Below, piece after piece: positions 35,439-47,253 of a stretch of 64,000 nucleotides of DNA. The stretch is from the NCBI GenBank assembly GCA_977017575.1, contig CDRNVI010000157.1:22748-86747 (forward strand), in the 5' to 3' direction. Each line of letters opens with the position of its first letter. Positions within the stretch are counted from its first letter, which is position 1. The position numbers were made by a program, and so were the translations under genes. The stretch is from Paramoeba atlantica (taxonomy: Eukaryota; Protista; Discosea). The notes below the pieces were generated by a model, which saw only the letters and a program-made list of their open reading frames with translations, ran no database searches and was not told the DNA's origin.

Positions 35439-36275
35439 CTATGTTGTTAACAGTGTAATGTTGGTGTTCTCTATCACAAACTCATCGCGCAGAATTTTGG
35501 GAAGAAGACTCTCTTTTATCTTTCCGGATAGGTTTACGTTGTGTGACAGATCAATATGTTCTAGTGTATGGGGAAGGCGTCTCACATTAAGCTCCCCAGA
35601 AAAATTGTTGCCGTCAAGTCGGACAAATGATAATTTAGAAAGTTCGCTGAAACAAAGCTCTCCGAATAACTGGTTCCCATCGAGACAAACACTTGTCAAT
35701 GTTAACGGCAATTTCTTTAAGCATATTTCACCAGTAAATCGGTTACGAGAAAGCGTTAGAGTTTCCAATTTAGGAGGGAGAGCTGTCAAGTCCAATGTTC
35801 CGCTCAACTGATTCTCACGTAGACTCAACGTACGCAAATGGGACGGGAAAGTGTTAAGAGGCACTTTTCCTGAAAGCTTGTTCTCGCACACGTAAAGGGT
35901 GTATAGCGTTTTGGGTAAATAACCAAAATTCAACGAACCTGTTAGCTTTACACGTATCATAGAGAGTGATAATTGTACATTTATCATAGACCAACTAATA
36001 GACGTTACCTCATTCGCTTCGTTACAACACACGCCATACCACTTACAAGCAGGGAGAGATACATTCCACGAGGGATGCCGATATTCAAGATTGTGTACAA
36101 GTTCTGCAAGTTCATATTCTTGTGGGAGATTCTTCATGCTTACTTTTCCTAGACGTACTCCGTGCACGGACTTTGGTATTTCTTGAACTAAAGCAGAATC
36201 AGAAGTATGATTCGTCTTGCGACGCTTCGAGAGCGGTTCCAACGTGTCACGCAAGAATACTGCAGTAAACATCAT
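35439..36275 (-). CDS. LRR protein, paralogue of 2865-3689
   Basis: RDTLEPLSKRRK N-terminus; LPQEYEL..SW..PACKWYGVCC cap; ~7 LRRs. Confidence 0.9.
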   Translation of the reverse strand: MMFTAVFLRDTLEPLSKRRKTNHTSDSALVQEIPKSVHGVRLGKVSMKNLPQEYELAELVHNLEYRHPSWNVSLPACKWYGVCCNEANEVTSISWSMINVQLSLSMIRVKLTGSLNFGYLPKTLYTLYVCENKLSGKVPLNTFPSHLRTLSLRENQLSGTLDLTALPPKLETLTLSRNRFTGEICLKKLPLTLTSVCLDGNQLFGELCFSELSKLSFVRLDGNNFSGELNVRRLPHTLEHIDLSHNVNLSGKIKESLLPKILRDEFVIENTNITLLTT

Positions 36276-36754
36276 TGAAAACGTAAATTGAATAAATAAC
36301 AAAAGAAAATGATCGAACGCTAATTCATCAAAACAGTTATACTGGACCCCCTTAGTTATCTGACATTACTTTTCGTGAAAAGATGACAAACATACTCATA
36401 AATTATATTGAGATATATAAATTATATTGAGTGAGTTAGGTGGTTACTTCTATTCAGTAAGTTAAGTACGTTTTAAGTTCAACCTATGAATTTCAAGAAC
36501 ATTTATAGAACGATAAGCAGCAAATCCAATGACTGCAGCGAATATTATTTATTACAAAACATTTTCAGAAACAAACAGCTTCAAAGTAATCTTAACTCCA
36601 TGCTTCATGCATGTATTTTCTCATTGCTTCATACATGTACTTTCTCTACCATGATCAAAAAAAGGAAACTGAAAATCAAAAATGAGAATGAAAATTTAAA
36701 TTTTAATTTTCTGGATTTTCATTTTTGACCTGGGAAGTAGTGCTTCCTAAATCA

Positions 36755-37468
36755 TTATCTTAATATCACGAGCTTGGTATTCGATACATCAATGCGTTTC
36801 TTTAACCGCGGATGGAGCTCACTCGCAACTACTGTACCTTCCAGAAGCGCATTGTTATCTAATGCAAGGGCATCTAGATTCTCTGGAAGGAGCGATAGGT
36901 CCACCATTCCTTCGAATTCGTTTCCAGACAAGTACAAGGATTCAAGAGTGCGCGGGAGTGCTCCCAAATCTAATTTTCCTGTTAAGAAATTATCACTAAC
37001 GTCAAGATGTACCAGATCGACGGGCAATTGTGTAAGGCATATATCACCAGACAATTCGTTTCTTTCCATCCATACGGCATCCGAGAGCTTCGGCAGTCTG
37101 GTAAGATCCGGATTGCCTGTAAATTTGTTCACACCTAGATAGAAAGCAGACAAATTTACTAATGGGAAAAGGTCACATGGGAGGAGTTCCCCAGATATAC
37201 TGTTGCGTTCAATATTGAGTTCCACAATGGACATTGGAAGGTATGCAAACTTCATGGATCCACTCAATTTTTGACGGTTCCACCTTATTTCAGTAACTTT
37301 CTCCTCTGAATTGCACTTGATGCCTTTCCATTTGCAAGCGGAAATGTCTGAACTCCAGCTCTCATGACGTGAGTGCAAACCACTAATGAGCCGCTCAAGA
37401 TCCATTTCTTGCGGTACATTTACTGCACGAACTTTCGATGGGCGCGTGGATGGCGCTTGAGAATCCAT
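36755..37468 (-). CDS. LRR protein, MDSQAP subfamily
   Basis: Close paralogue of 14485-15213. Confidence 0.9.
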   Translation of the reverse strand: MDSQAPSTRPSKVRAVNVPQEMDLERLISGLHSRHESWSSDISACKWKGIKCNSEEKVTEIRWNRQKLSGSMKFAYLPMSIVELNIERNSISGELLPCDLFPLVNLSAFYLGVNKFTGNPDLTRLPKLSDAVWMERNELSGDICLTQLPVDLVHLDVSDNFLTGKLDLGALPRTLESLYLSGNEFEGMVDLSLLPENLDALALDNNALLEGTVVASELHPRLKKRIDVSNTKLVILR

Positions 37469-38889
37469 TGCACGTAAGTTAGATAAAATGCTAAGGGTAG
37501 TTTTTGGCAGTATAAACCAACTTCGAACGAAATTTGTTCTCTTTCGTTTTACAACGGAATAGATTCTTTATTATTTTTGTGATTCTAGGAATAGCAAATT
37601 ATGGAGTAAAGGTGAGGTACGTCTATTGTTGGCAATCATATATTGTTGACATTTGATCAATCTTGATTTTTTTTACCCAAAGCCATGTATGATGAATAAA
37701 CTCCTGGAATCTGCTAAGGTCAAAATTGAAGAATGATTTCTCAAGTTATGGTGTCTCACGCAGCAAACTGCATATTTCAGGAAAACTTGGTATAACACTA
37801 TCCGTAGCACCACTATCCGGGGTGTGACCGGGGAAAAAAGTGTACCTTTGTGCTCGAAAGCCCGAAAGATAAAATCGCTTTAAATTAAGTGTAATAGAAA
37901 AAAATCACACTCGAAGTTGGTACTAAGTGATCTACAGTACATGTATCTACAGTACATGTATTCGCTCGTGAGTTACATGTAACTCACATGTATCCGCTTG
38001 TGACCGTTTTTTTCGACTTTTTCGAGTTTTTTCGAGTGAGTCATAAAAGTAGTCTAAGTTGTTTTGATTGCCAACAATAGATGATTTTATTGCCGTTCCA
38101 TCTATTGTTGATTAAGGGGGATATTGTATCATCTATTGTTGGCAATCGGCTATTGTTGGCCAAAAAAAGTTGCCAACAATAGACGAGCCCCCCCTTTATG
38201 TACTCCCCCTCTCATTAATTTTTATAAATGGATTTCGAGTCATAAAAATTCGTTTTATGCGCTCTCATTAATTTTTATAAATCAAACAAATTCAACTATT
38301 CTTTTTAAATTTTATTTCGAAGCAAACAAAAATCACTCTTTTGTTCTACTGAAAATGAATTACTTCATGGGCGTAGATGGTCGTCCTTCACAGCGGTTTC
38401 TTTCAGAGAAGAGAAAGTGGTTGATTTCTGTGGTGGACAATAACGGTAGGAAAATTACGATAAATATATCGTTTTCGTGCATGTATGGGCGTTCTCATCG
38501 CAACATGCTTGGAGTACCAAGGATGTTTCAAATAAGCCATGAAAAGTATCATGATAATATCGTTTTTGTAAAGAAGCAACTTTCTCTAAAAGTCGGATGC
38601 AAACTCGATACCGAGAAGTAAGGTCAGAACCTCCTCGTAGTCTTCCCTGGAATTACCATCTCACCCCATCAGCACATTTATAATGCATATTAAGGCACAT
38701 TTATAATGCATATAGCACATTCATAATGCATATTGCACAAAAAAATTCCAACAGGCGAACTAACCGAAAAATTCATTTAGCCAGGGATGCAAAGGGGTTT
38801 CACCTTTGCTCCCGGTGAGGCCCCGGAGTTGCGAGAGGCCTCCATACCCCACAACTACCACCTTCCCCCCTATTTAGCGGGGGTCGCGT

Positions 38890-39450
38890 GAGCATTGAAC
38901 AATCGGTTCAATGTGAAATCCAGTCTTAACATCCCAGACGGGAGAGCAGTAAGGTCCGGCGTCCCCGTGAGTTCATTTTGGTAAATCCTAAGCTCTTCAA
39001 CGTGGAGCGGAAATGCAGTAAGGCATACCTCAAGGAAAACTGATTTCGGGTGAGATTTACTATTTTCAGTGTTCTGGGAAGCGATTCCAATTCTACGGGG
39101 GCGAAAACGTGGTTGTTTTCTAAGATCTAGGTGTGTAGTTTAGGGATCAATGCATGCAAAGGTAATTTTTGTTGTACGTTATTGAAATTTAAGTCAAGCA
39201 ATTGTAGACTACAGGGAAAGTAAGAAAAATCTAATTTCCCATGCAGATTCAGTTCGTCCCAATCAAAAGACTAATCTATTTTGCATATATGATGGTGTGC
39301 ATCATATTTGACACCATGCCAAGTACACTAGTGCTGCGACAGGCTCCAGGACGAATGCTAACATTCGACGTTTTCTAAGACTTTCTCTAATTTGTAGTCT
39401 TGTGGAAGAACAGCATGACTTACTTTAGCGGGCCGAGACCTGCTAATCAT
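38890..39450 (-). pseudogene. LRR pseudogene not shown in the ORF track
   Basis: Manual translation: MISRSRPAKVSHAVLPQDYKL...HSSW..CTWHGV...LHGKLDFSYFP...ELTGTPDLTALP, with 4 TAG stops and a frameshift. Confidence 0.8.
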
Positions 39451-39701
39451 TCCCAAGGAATCTGTCAAAGAAAGTTAGCCTTATTTGAAAGATCGTTGAG
39501 TTCTATACAGCTTATAGTAGAGTTGGGAAATTATAGTCTGATTCGCGTTTGGCGAGTGTGCGAACAGAAAATAGCTGCTCAAAGGTACTCCTGTAAAAGA
39601 CTTTGACTTTGTAAAATAGTTAGTAAAAAAAACTAGCAACTAAATTCGGTCACTTTGAAGGCTACAGCATAAATACGCTACTTCTCCCTCTATCGCTAAT
39701 T

Positions 39702-40500
39702 GCGGTGGTTGTAAAACTACCGCTCTACACTCGATTATTGAAAAAAAAGTGAACAAAAACAGTGAAAATATAAAGGGGAACACAGTAATATAATAGAAGA
39801 AAAAAATATAAAAGGGGGCTCCGGTGGTCCAAAACTGAAAAAAAAAATTGAAAAAAATGGGGGGTCCATGGGGGGGTCCAGGGGGGGGGTCCAGGGGGGG
39901 GGTCCAGGGGGGGGGGGCATGGTCGAGCAAATTTTTTCGAAAAAATTAGTTTTCAAAAAAAAACCGCAGAAAGGGTAGCCGGGGTCTTGGCGCGCATTTT
40001 CCACCCCCCTACCCGGGGGTGACCCCCCCGCGTATCCGCAGGACGGGTCCGCCAAGTTCGGATTTTTTCGGAAAAAAATTTTTGAAAAAAATTTCAACTT
40101 GGCGAAAAAAATGACAAAAAAAATATTTTTCCAAAATCGTTTCCCCTATTGTATTTTGATAGTTTGGGACCTACACTAGCTTTCTACGCAGTTGTTTTCG
40201 CAAGGTATCACTTCTTCGAACCGTGGTGCGCCCCTCGAAATGACCCATTTTTGACTAAAAAAGGTGAAAAAGTATTTTTCGGACCTAAAGGGGCATTTTT
40301 GTGTCGAAAGAATGGTATGGTTGGAGTCGCATTCTCTACCCAATACGTTCGGTAGGCTTTCATTCATGCCTGCGAGTGATTTCCCACGCGCAAATGTCGG
40401 ATTTAGTGCTCTGAGAGCAAAAATATGCGAAAATGACCCCATTTGTACCCGAAATTCGGCTATTTTTGGCTATAATCTTTCCGTTTTCCATGCTAAATTT
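39702..40500 (+). repeat. Longest copy of the G-tract repeat element
   Basis: Head hairpin; five G tracts at 39859-39917; downstream part shared with 19376-19800. Confidence 0.85.
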
Positions 40501-40509
40501 TCTTTTTTA

Positions 40510-40604
40510 GGCTCTTCGTTAAACGCGGCGGTAGTTTTCAACGCGAAGCGCGCAGCATGAGTGACTTCTAAGTTGAAAGCAACCACCGCGTTTAACGAAG
40601 AGCC
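40510..40604. mobile_element. 95-bp MITE, TA TSD
   Basis: TA|GGCTCTTCGTTAAACGCGG ... CCGCGTTTAACGAAGAGCC|TA; relatives at 44393-44480 and 55483-55564. Confidence 0.85.
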
Positions 40605-40720
40605 TAAAAAAGAAAATTTTAATAATCATCTAAAAAAATATTATTGTGCATGGTGAAAACTCTAAATTATCGAAAACTCTAAATTGTCAGCCTGTTTTCA
40701 CGTAGGCAATATTTTCTAAA

Positions 40721-41064
40721 ATTTTCTTGAGGCGAAAGCGACTTTTTCGCCAAAAGCAATCTATTTAAGCAAAGATAAAGAATAAATAACAAAAGTAAAT
40801 AAATAAGGTTCTAAGATGTTTTTAAAGACCATTAACAATGATAATGATATTGAGACTCAGAAAATTATTATCATTCTTGAAGTTTATGGCAATTTTCTTG
40901 AGACGAAAGCGACTTTTTCGCCAAAAGCAATCTATTTTTAAACAAAGATAAAGAATAAATGACAAAGGTAAATAAATAAAGTTCTAAGATGTTTTTAAAG
41001 ACCATTAACAATGATAATGATAATGATAATCAGAAAATTATTATCGTTCTCGAAGTTTATGGCA
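40721..41064. repeat. Tandem duplication, 2 x ~171 bp
   Basis: ATTTTCTTGAG.CGAAAGCGACTTTTTCGCC starts at 40721 and 40892. Confidence 0.9.
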
Positions 41065-41159
41065 TTGAAGTTTATGACATAGATCTCTTGAACGGAGGCT
41101 TGTATCTGCCGGGAAATGTTGTGTAAGATCATCAACAATCGTTTACAATAGTAGCAATA

Positions 41160-41849
41160 TTAATAACCCCACCCAAGGTTCATCAAGTTTTCTATATCAC
41201 ATCGACTTAACGGGCCATTGCTAACAATGATTTGAGTTCCGTTAACGTCATAAAATATGTCTTTCGGCAAATCTATGACATCCAGTTTTCCTTGCAACAT
41301 TTCATTACCACTTATATACGCAAACCTCAACGAGGCTGGAAGGGCAAAGAAGTCAACGTATCCTGAAAATCGGTTTTTCTCAATGTTCAAAACTTCCAAC
41401 AACGGAGGCAAATCGTAAGAATTGAAGGTTCCATGAAAGTTGTTCTCCTGTATTAATAGCGTCTCTAACGTTTTAGGCAAAACGTCGAACGGAAAATCTC
41501 CGGAAAGCTTGTTGTGGAAAGCGCGAAATGCTTTTAACTGAGAAGGAAGATATCCGAGGTCTAATGAGCCGCAAAGAGTGTTATACGTCCACCTGATATC
41601 TGTCACAGTTTCATTCTTGTCACACTTAACTCCTTCCCACAGACATCCAGGACACTCTGTCGTCCAGGATTTACGAGGGTTTTCTATGCCTCTGACAAGC
41701 CGCGCTAAATCATACTCGATGGGAAGATCGGTGCCGCGTATCTTAGACCCGGGATAGAGTGCACTCTTTTTTGTACCGTTTTCCTTCAAATCCTGGTCAG
41801 CACAGTGCAAAAGACCCATTACATGAGACATCATGTGTAAAATCAGCAT
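41160..41849 (-). CDS. LRR protein, intact paralogue of the SL-interrupted gene at 47254-48502
   Basis: LPIEYDL..SWTTECPGCLWEGVKC cap plus LRRs. Confidence 0.9.
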   Translation of the reverse strand: MLILHMMSHVMGLLHCADQDLKENGTKKSALYPGSKIRGTDLPIEYDLARLVRGIENPRKSWTTECPGCLWEGVKCDKNETVTDIRWTYNTLCGSLDLGYLPSQLKAFRAFHNKLSGDFPFDVLPKTLETLLIQENNFHGTFNSYDLPPLLEVLNIEKNRFSGYVDFFALPASLRFAYISGNEMLQGKLDVIDLPKDIFYDVNGTQIIVSNGPLSRCDIENLMNLGWGY

Positions 41850-41859
41850 TCTTAGATGT

Positions 41860-41862
<3 letters not shown>

Positions 41863-41942
<80 letters not shown>
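41863..41942. repeat. (AG)40 microsatellite, read as (CT)40 just upstream of the LRR gene on its coding strand
   Basis: Directly visible; the paralogous site at ~48523 has only about (AG)5. Confidence 0.95.
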
Positions 41943-41945
<3 letters not shown>

Positions 41946-43763
41946 GCGATACTCCGTTTGAGAAAAAAGCTATTATGCGTAACAAACTAGTATCCAAGAA
42001 TCAAACTTAGACGTAAGAATCACTTTAAAATTGGCTCAACGGGGAAATCTACACGCAAAAGCCCAAAGCATACGTAAATAATGTCACGTATGGAAATAAA
42101 AAGTATAAACGCGTTGCGCCAGTGAAACGAGTCAATTTTATAATACTTTTGGAATTACCAAAACTAGAATTACTGTCAAAGTACTTATTAACGGAATAAA
42201 AATTATTGGAATAAAAATTAACGGAATAATAATTAACAGAATACTTTTTCGTTTTTTTGATTTTCACCAAACTCTTCCCAAAAATAGTCAGTGGTTAATC
42301 TTTTCATCAAAATTCAAAACATTTCTCCTGAGAAAGAAAAACGACGTCACCGCGAAAGGATGAATCGATTAAGACGTATCCGCAGAAGTTACAAGATAGA
42401 TCTCTTGACGCTTAAATTTTGTTAGGAATTTAGTAAAAATCATTGGAATAATAATTAACGGAATAATTTCGGTCCAAAAAAACATTCCGTTAATCATTAT
42501 TATTGTTAATAAGTACTTTGACGGTAGTCACTATTCTGACACCCACCGTCACTATTCTCGTTATGCCTTTACTTTGACAAAGAAACAGTGTTTTAGTCCT
42601 TCTGAATCGCTATTCCCAGAATTAGGTATCGAACGTTGACCCATCTAACGTTGAGAAAATGGCTGCTTAAAGATACTCCTGTAAAAGATTGCTGAGAATC
42701 TCGAACGACTTTGTAAAATAGTTAGTAACTACATTCCGCCACTTTGAACGCTATTATAAATACGCTATTATATTAATACGCTACTATTATACTCCTGGCA
42801 TCACAACTGCTATTGTGATTTAAGGAATACACACACCCTGGAGTAAGTGGCTTGTAAGTTACAACAGCCCGTTTACAAGGCTGTAAGTTACAATTTTAAC
42901 CTACAACTTACAAGTAACCTTCAGGGGGTGGTAGGGATATGTAACTTTCGTAAAACTCCAATATTGGAAATTAATAGCGCATTCGAAAGCTCTCGCAATG
43001 CCATAAACCAATGCAAACCATGTTCATAGAAAATCAAAAAGAAGTGATGCACACAACAGATGTGATGCATACATACACCATTATTTTGTTTTATCCAGTC
43101 TTTTGTTCTTGCAAATATCTCCCCATGGAGCGGCACAGAATCCAAGTTCCTGCGAGATCTATTTCAACTAGTGTCCCTGTGGTCGGTGAACTTGCGCTCG
43201 AGGAACGTGGAAAGGCTGAAAATGGAACCCGTCATCTTTACATCGCAGAAGAAATTTTCTTCATCCTTGACAGAGCTTGTCAGCATCAATTGACTACAGA
43301 ACAAGAAGATTTCGAGCAACGATATTGTCATAACCAACGTCATAACCAATCTATCCTCATCATACCGCTGTCAAAAAAGAAGTCTTCAACGTGCTCTGGT
43401 AAAGATTCTCCGAAACGAAGTAAATCACATCCCTGCGTCAGCGGGCCAAAAACCCCTCTGAAGGGCCCGCTGGAACGGTCCCTTCGAAAAAAAGAGGTCT
43501 CCACCGTACTTCATTATAAGTTTCGGAAACAAAGTAAAGCACATGCCCGCGTCAGCGTGTCTCGAAGTTCGAACATCGAAGTTGCAAAATTGTAGAATCT
43601 GATTCACTTTTATTCACCTCATCTCTTTTACTCTTCATCGCACCTACTTTGTTTACCTACTCATTTAGTATACCTACTAGGTATACATGTACTATCCTGG
43701 AACATGGTTTAGTATCTGATTCAGTTTTTTAATCACCTTATCTTTTTCACCCTTCCTCCCAAT

Positions 43764-44133
43764 ATGTCTACTCTTCCGGAGAATGTCTCCACCGAAGAAT
43801 ACGATATATCGCTTAAGATTAGTGATGCTAAGCGCAAGCGGGATGACTTGCACGAACCAGAGATGAACTTGAGTTCAGCTCTGGGCGAGCGTGACGAGCG
43901 CTCGATCACTGTGGAGCATATTCCGCCGGAAATGACAAAGGAAAATTTAAGTGAGTATTATGCTTTCTTCGGTGACGTAAAACTTGTCACAATACAAAAT
44001 AATCAAAAAGTACAAACGTGCGTATATTTGTTTTGCCACGACAGAACAAGCGAAACATGCATGTAGCACGTATCGTAAGAGCAAGGGAATGCGAAAGGAA
44101 CAGCCAACAAAGCAGACGAAAAAGAAGTTTTGA
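43764..44133 (+). pseudogene. RRM-domain gene with a frameshift
   Basis: RSITVEHIPPEMTKENLSEYYAFFGDVKLVTI, then after the shift RAYICFATTEQAKHAC (RNP2/RNP1-like). Confidence 0.7.
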
Positions 44134-44392
44134 AAGGCGAAGAATTACTGACAAAGAAAAGTGATTACAGGACAAAGAAAGTGTTTTTGCTTGTCGAAGA
44201 AGTTAATTTTTAGAACGTAGTTTTCCGGGGCTTTTTCAGTGCACGTTTTCATGTTTTTCTTCTCCAATTTTTCTCCTCTAAAAGCCTATACTGTTCTGTT
44301 TAGCAAGTAAAGTACTACTTAACACGCAAAGTTGATATACACGATTGTATGCGATCATTGTCCCTTTAGTATCTCCAATTTTTTCTTTTCTA

Positions 44393-44480
44393 GGCTCTTC
44401 ATTCAGGTAGTTTTTAACGCGAAGCGCGCAGCTTGAGTGACTTCTATGTTGAAAACAACCACCTCGTTTAACGAAGAGCC
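44393..44480. mobile_element. 88-bp MITE, TA TSD
   Basis: TA|GGCTCTTC...GAAGAGCC|TA; same family as 40510-40604. Confidence 0.8.
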
Positions 44481-44600
44481 TAGATTAGTTACAGGGGGGA
44501 TCAGCTACATCTGGGGGGGTCTAAAATTCGTATAACTTGGCCGATTTTAGAAAATAATAGCGCACTCGAGAGCTCTCACATAGCCCTCTGGTGGAATATA

Positions 44601-46184
44601 CAGGGGTGCAAATCAGATGCTGGGGGGGTCTAAAATTAGCAATGTTTGCGCAATTTTGGAAAATAATAGCGCATTCAAGAGCTCTCGCAGAGATCTATGT
44701 TTGGGCGCTATTATCACGTTAAAAGAAAACAAATTTGAAAAAGATAATTTTTTTAAAGGTTTTTTACCCCCCTAAAAGTTGCAGATTTTTCAATTTTTGC
44801 AGTTTTTTCCGTGTTTTTTTTGTTTTCCAGCTCACTATTATGCCGCAAAAGCGATCCCTCTCTAAGCAAAACAGTAAAAGCTTATCTGATAGATCACATG
44901 AACCCCCGGGGCACACAAAATATTCACACAGGATGCTTCTCGTTAAAGATTACGAGAATACAAACTCCTACAGTGCCACTTGCCAAAGACAAGGCGTCCA
45001 CGACAGCACTGTTAAGTTGTGGGTTAAGCGATTTGAGGAAACCGGGGATGTTGAACGTGCTACGCCTCCTCGCGAACGCACTGTAACAACGCCGGAACTT
45101 CTTGAGGCATGCCGCGAAATTATTGACGCGTCCAACGCGACAAGTGCGCGAGGTTGTCCCTCGTGGAGTTTTATTCTTCGAGAGGTTAGGAAAAGGAGTT
45201 TCTCCTGCAGCAGGCCGACCCTAGTAAATTTTTTGAAGGACGAAGGGATGATCCAACGATCTTTTTCTAAAGGCCTGTTCTTAACTGAAGTTCACAAGGC
45301 CAAGCGACTAACATTTGCACTGAAAATGCAGAAGTGGTCCGTCGCACAGCTCCGTCACATTATTTGGTGTGACGAAAAAAAGTTTACTTGTCAACTTGGG
45401 CGCGAAAGCCGTTCTTACATTTGCCGAGCGAGTGACCCCCCCAAGCCACCCCTAAAAGCTGCGCAAAAATGGTTTGGAGGGGATGGAGTAAACGTTTGGA
45501 TGGGTATTTTATAACGTTTGCGGTTTTTTTATTTTATAACGTTTGGAGTTTTTTATCACGTCTTTCCCGACAGGGACAGAAATGGGAAAGTTACGATTAC
45601 TTCAAATGTTTTTAAAGCAGCTTTGACAAAAAGGGGGGGTTTCTTAAGTTACTTGAAGCGTCATAGCGATACTAGAGTTGCAATGGATAATGCTCCTGGT
45701 CACAATGGCACCTTTAAAACCTTTCGAGAAAACCAAGTCTTTGTTTTAGACTTTCCCCCAAAATCCCCAGATCTTAACCCTATTGAAAACATTTGGGACA
45801 TCATGGACACCTTTATTAAAGACGGTACAAACCCAGAAAATAGGACTGAACTTTTGTATTCTATTGAAAAGGCGGTTGATTACATTAAAACAGATGGTCA
45901 TGACATGCTCATAAACACTTTAAGCAGCATGCCGCGGCGTTTCGACATAGTAGTAGAAAAAAAAGGGGAAAGTTGTAATTATTGAACGTACAAAATTTTT
46001 CTTTCACTTTTTGCATTTTGACGTTTTTGGGCTTCTCCTCAGTTGATCACCCCCTTACACCCCGGGAAACCGCCTATCCAAATACATAGATCTCTGCGAG
46101 AGCTCTGGAATGCGCTATTATTTTCCAAAATTGCGCAAACATTGCTAATTTTAGACCCCCCCCAGCATCTGATTTGCACCCCTG
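44601..46184 (+). mobile_element. Tc1-like element, 1584 bp, ~100-bp TIRs, TA TSD
   Basis: TA|CAGGGGTGCAAATCAGATGCTGGGGGGGTC...GACCCCCCCAGCATCTGATTTGCACCCCTG|TA. Confidence 0.95.
44840..45985 (+). pseudogene. Tc1-like DD32E transposase broken by an in-frame TAA at 45512-45514
   Basis: IWCDEKKF / AMDNAPGH / PKSPDLNPIE. The stop lies inside a short duplication of TATTTTATAACGTTTG. Confidence 0.9.
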
Positions 46185-46248
46185 TATATTGTTTCCCGCA
46201 TTTTTACTTCAAACGCATTTTGTCAAAAAAATATTTTTTTTGTGTATA

Positions 46249-46430
46249 AACCTAGGGACACGATAAGTTACCCCCCTCTAAAATTTGTGTAAAGTCTTCG
46301 TTTGGGCTAATTTTTGTTGTATTTTGCAGATCTCGGTGACGCTTGTTTGCGCATATCATATAGAGAATAATACTGGGAACCAATAAAATATGAATTTAGT
46401 ATTACCATTTTTTCACTTTTTCGCCACCAA
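46249..46430 (-). mobile_element. Solo end of a Tc1-like element related to 20120-21458 (also at 54034-54140)
   Basis: TA|AACCTAGGGACACGATAAGT..CCCCCTCTAAAATTTG and the transposase terminal codons GEKVKKW*. Confidence 0.7.
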
Positions 46431-46560
46431 TTTTTTTTGATTTTCGATTTTCCGAAAACAATAATTTTGGTATAAAAAATATGAAAAATTCACCCCCAAA
46501 AAATGCAAAAATACAAGAAAAGGTCCCTTTTTTGTCTTTTTGATCTGTTTTTTGTCGAAA

Positions 46561-46970
46561 ATGGGGAAAAGATCCCGTCTAAATCGTCGCCAGCTTTCGC
46601 CGGAGCAAACATCTTATGCCACTAGGGTGGTTTGCGCTCACGAGGTGGACCAAGGGGCCTCTTTGCGCGAGAAAGCTCAAATGCTGAACTGTTCACACAC
46701 TTCTGTATCGCGCTACATTAAGCGTTTTGAAGAAACGGGTGATGTAGAGCGAAGGAAGTACACACGCGAAAACATCTGTGATACTGACGAGTTTCGACAG
46801 ATGCTTGCTTGCCTCGTGGACGAAAAGAATTTGGTTGCCCGGGGTTTAAATGGGTGTTCCGAACCATTGATAAAAATGTATTCCCGTGCAGCTTGAAGAC
46901 TGTAAGAAAGATTTTAAAAAGTATGGGATACATTACTAAAGTATTCAGCCGCAAACCAATATCAACTCCA
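46561..46970 (+). pseudogene. Tc1-like transposase N-terminal fragment
   Basis: HTH ending RYIKRFEETGDVER, then after a frameshift CSLKTVRKILKSMGY. Confidence 0.75.
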
Positions 46971-47253
46971 TATACAGCATGTATAACAGGATACCTACTA
47001 CATACATGTATTATACCCCCCCCCCAATTATTTGCAAAACAAATCGGTACTCTTTTTGGTTGTAAGTTGTAACTTACAATTGTAACGTACAAGTCACTTA
47101 CTCCAGGGTGTGAATACATTTCACACATCTACATAGTACGGTATGATGTACTATATCTAGTACGTACTAACTACCGTACTATCCGTACTAGGATAGTAAA
47201 GTCCCAAAAAAGCCCATCGAAACCTAGCCCCTAACCCCTAAATAGTAAACGTA

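Larger units (their letters stand above)
42832..47112. mobile_element. 4281-bp non-autonomous hAT-like element with 6-bp TSD AATACA carrying cargo
   Basis: AATACA|CACACCCTGGAGTAAGTG...CACTTACTCCAGGGTGTG|AATACA; 33-bp TIR with 2 mismatches, similar to the TIR of 29304-31635. Confidence 0.8.

Noticed and set aside
38890-39450. Stop-codon reassignment suggested by repeated in-frame TAGs
   Set aside because: Intact genes terminate with TAA, TAG and TGA, and this locus also has a frameshift.
41759-42010. ER-repeat and SL-dipeptide-repeat ORFs, and the CVCT/MYIH ORFs at 1294-1766
   Set aside because: These are translations of microsatellite or minisatellite DNA.
45505-45550. Small intron rescuing the Tc1 transposase
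   Set aside because: The only GT-AG splice would delete conserved residues; a short tandem duplication explains the stop.
47221-47241. Telomere-like CCCTAA repeats
   Set aside because: Only about two imperfect units are present, which is not an array.
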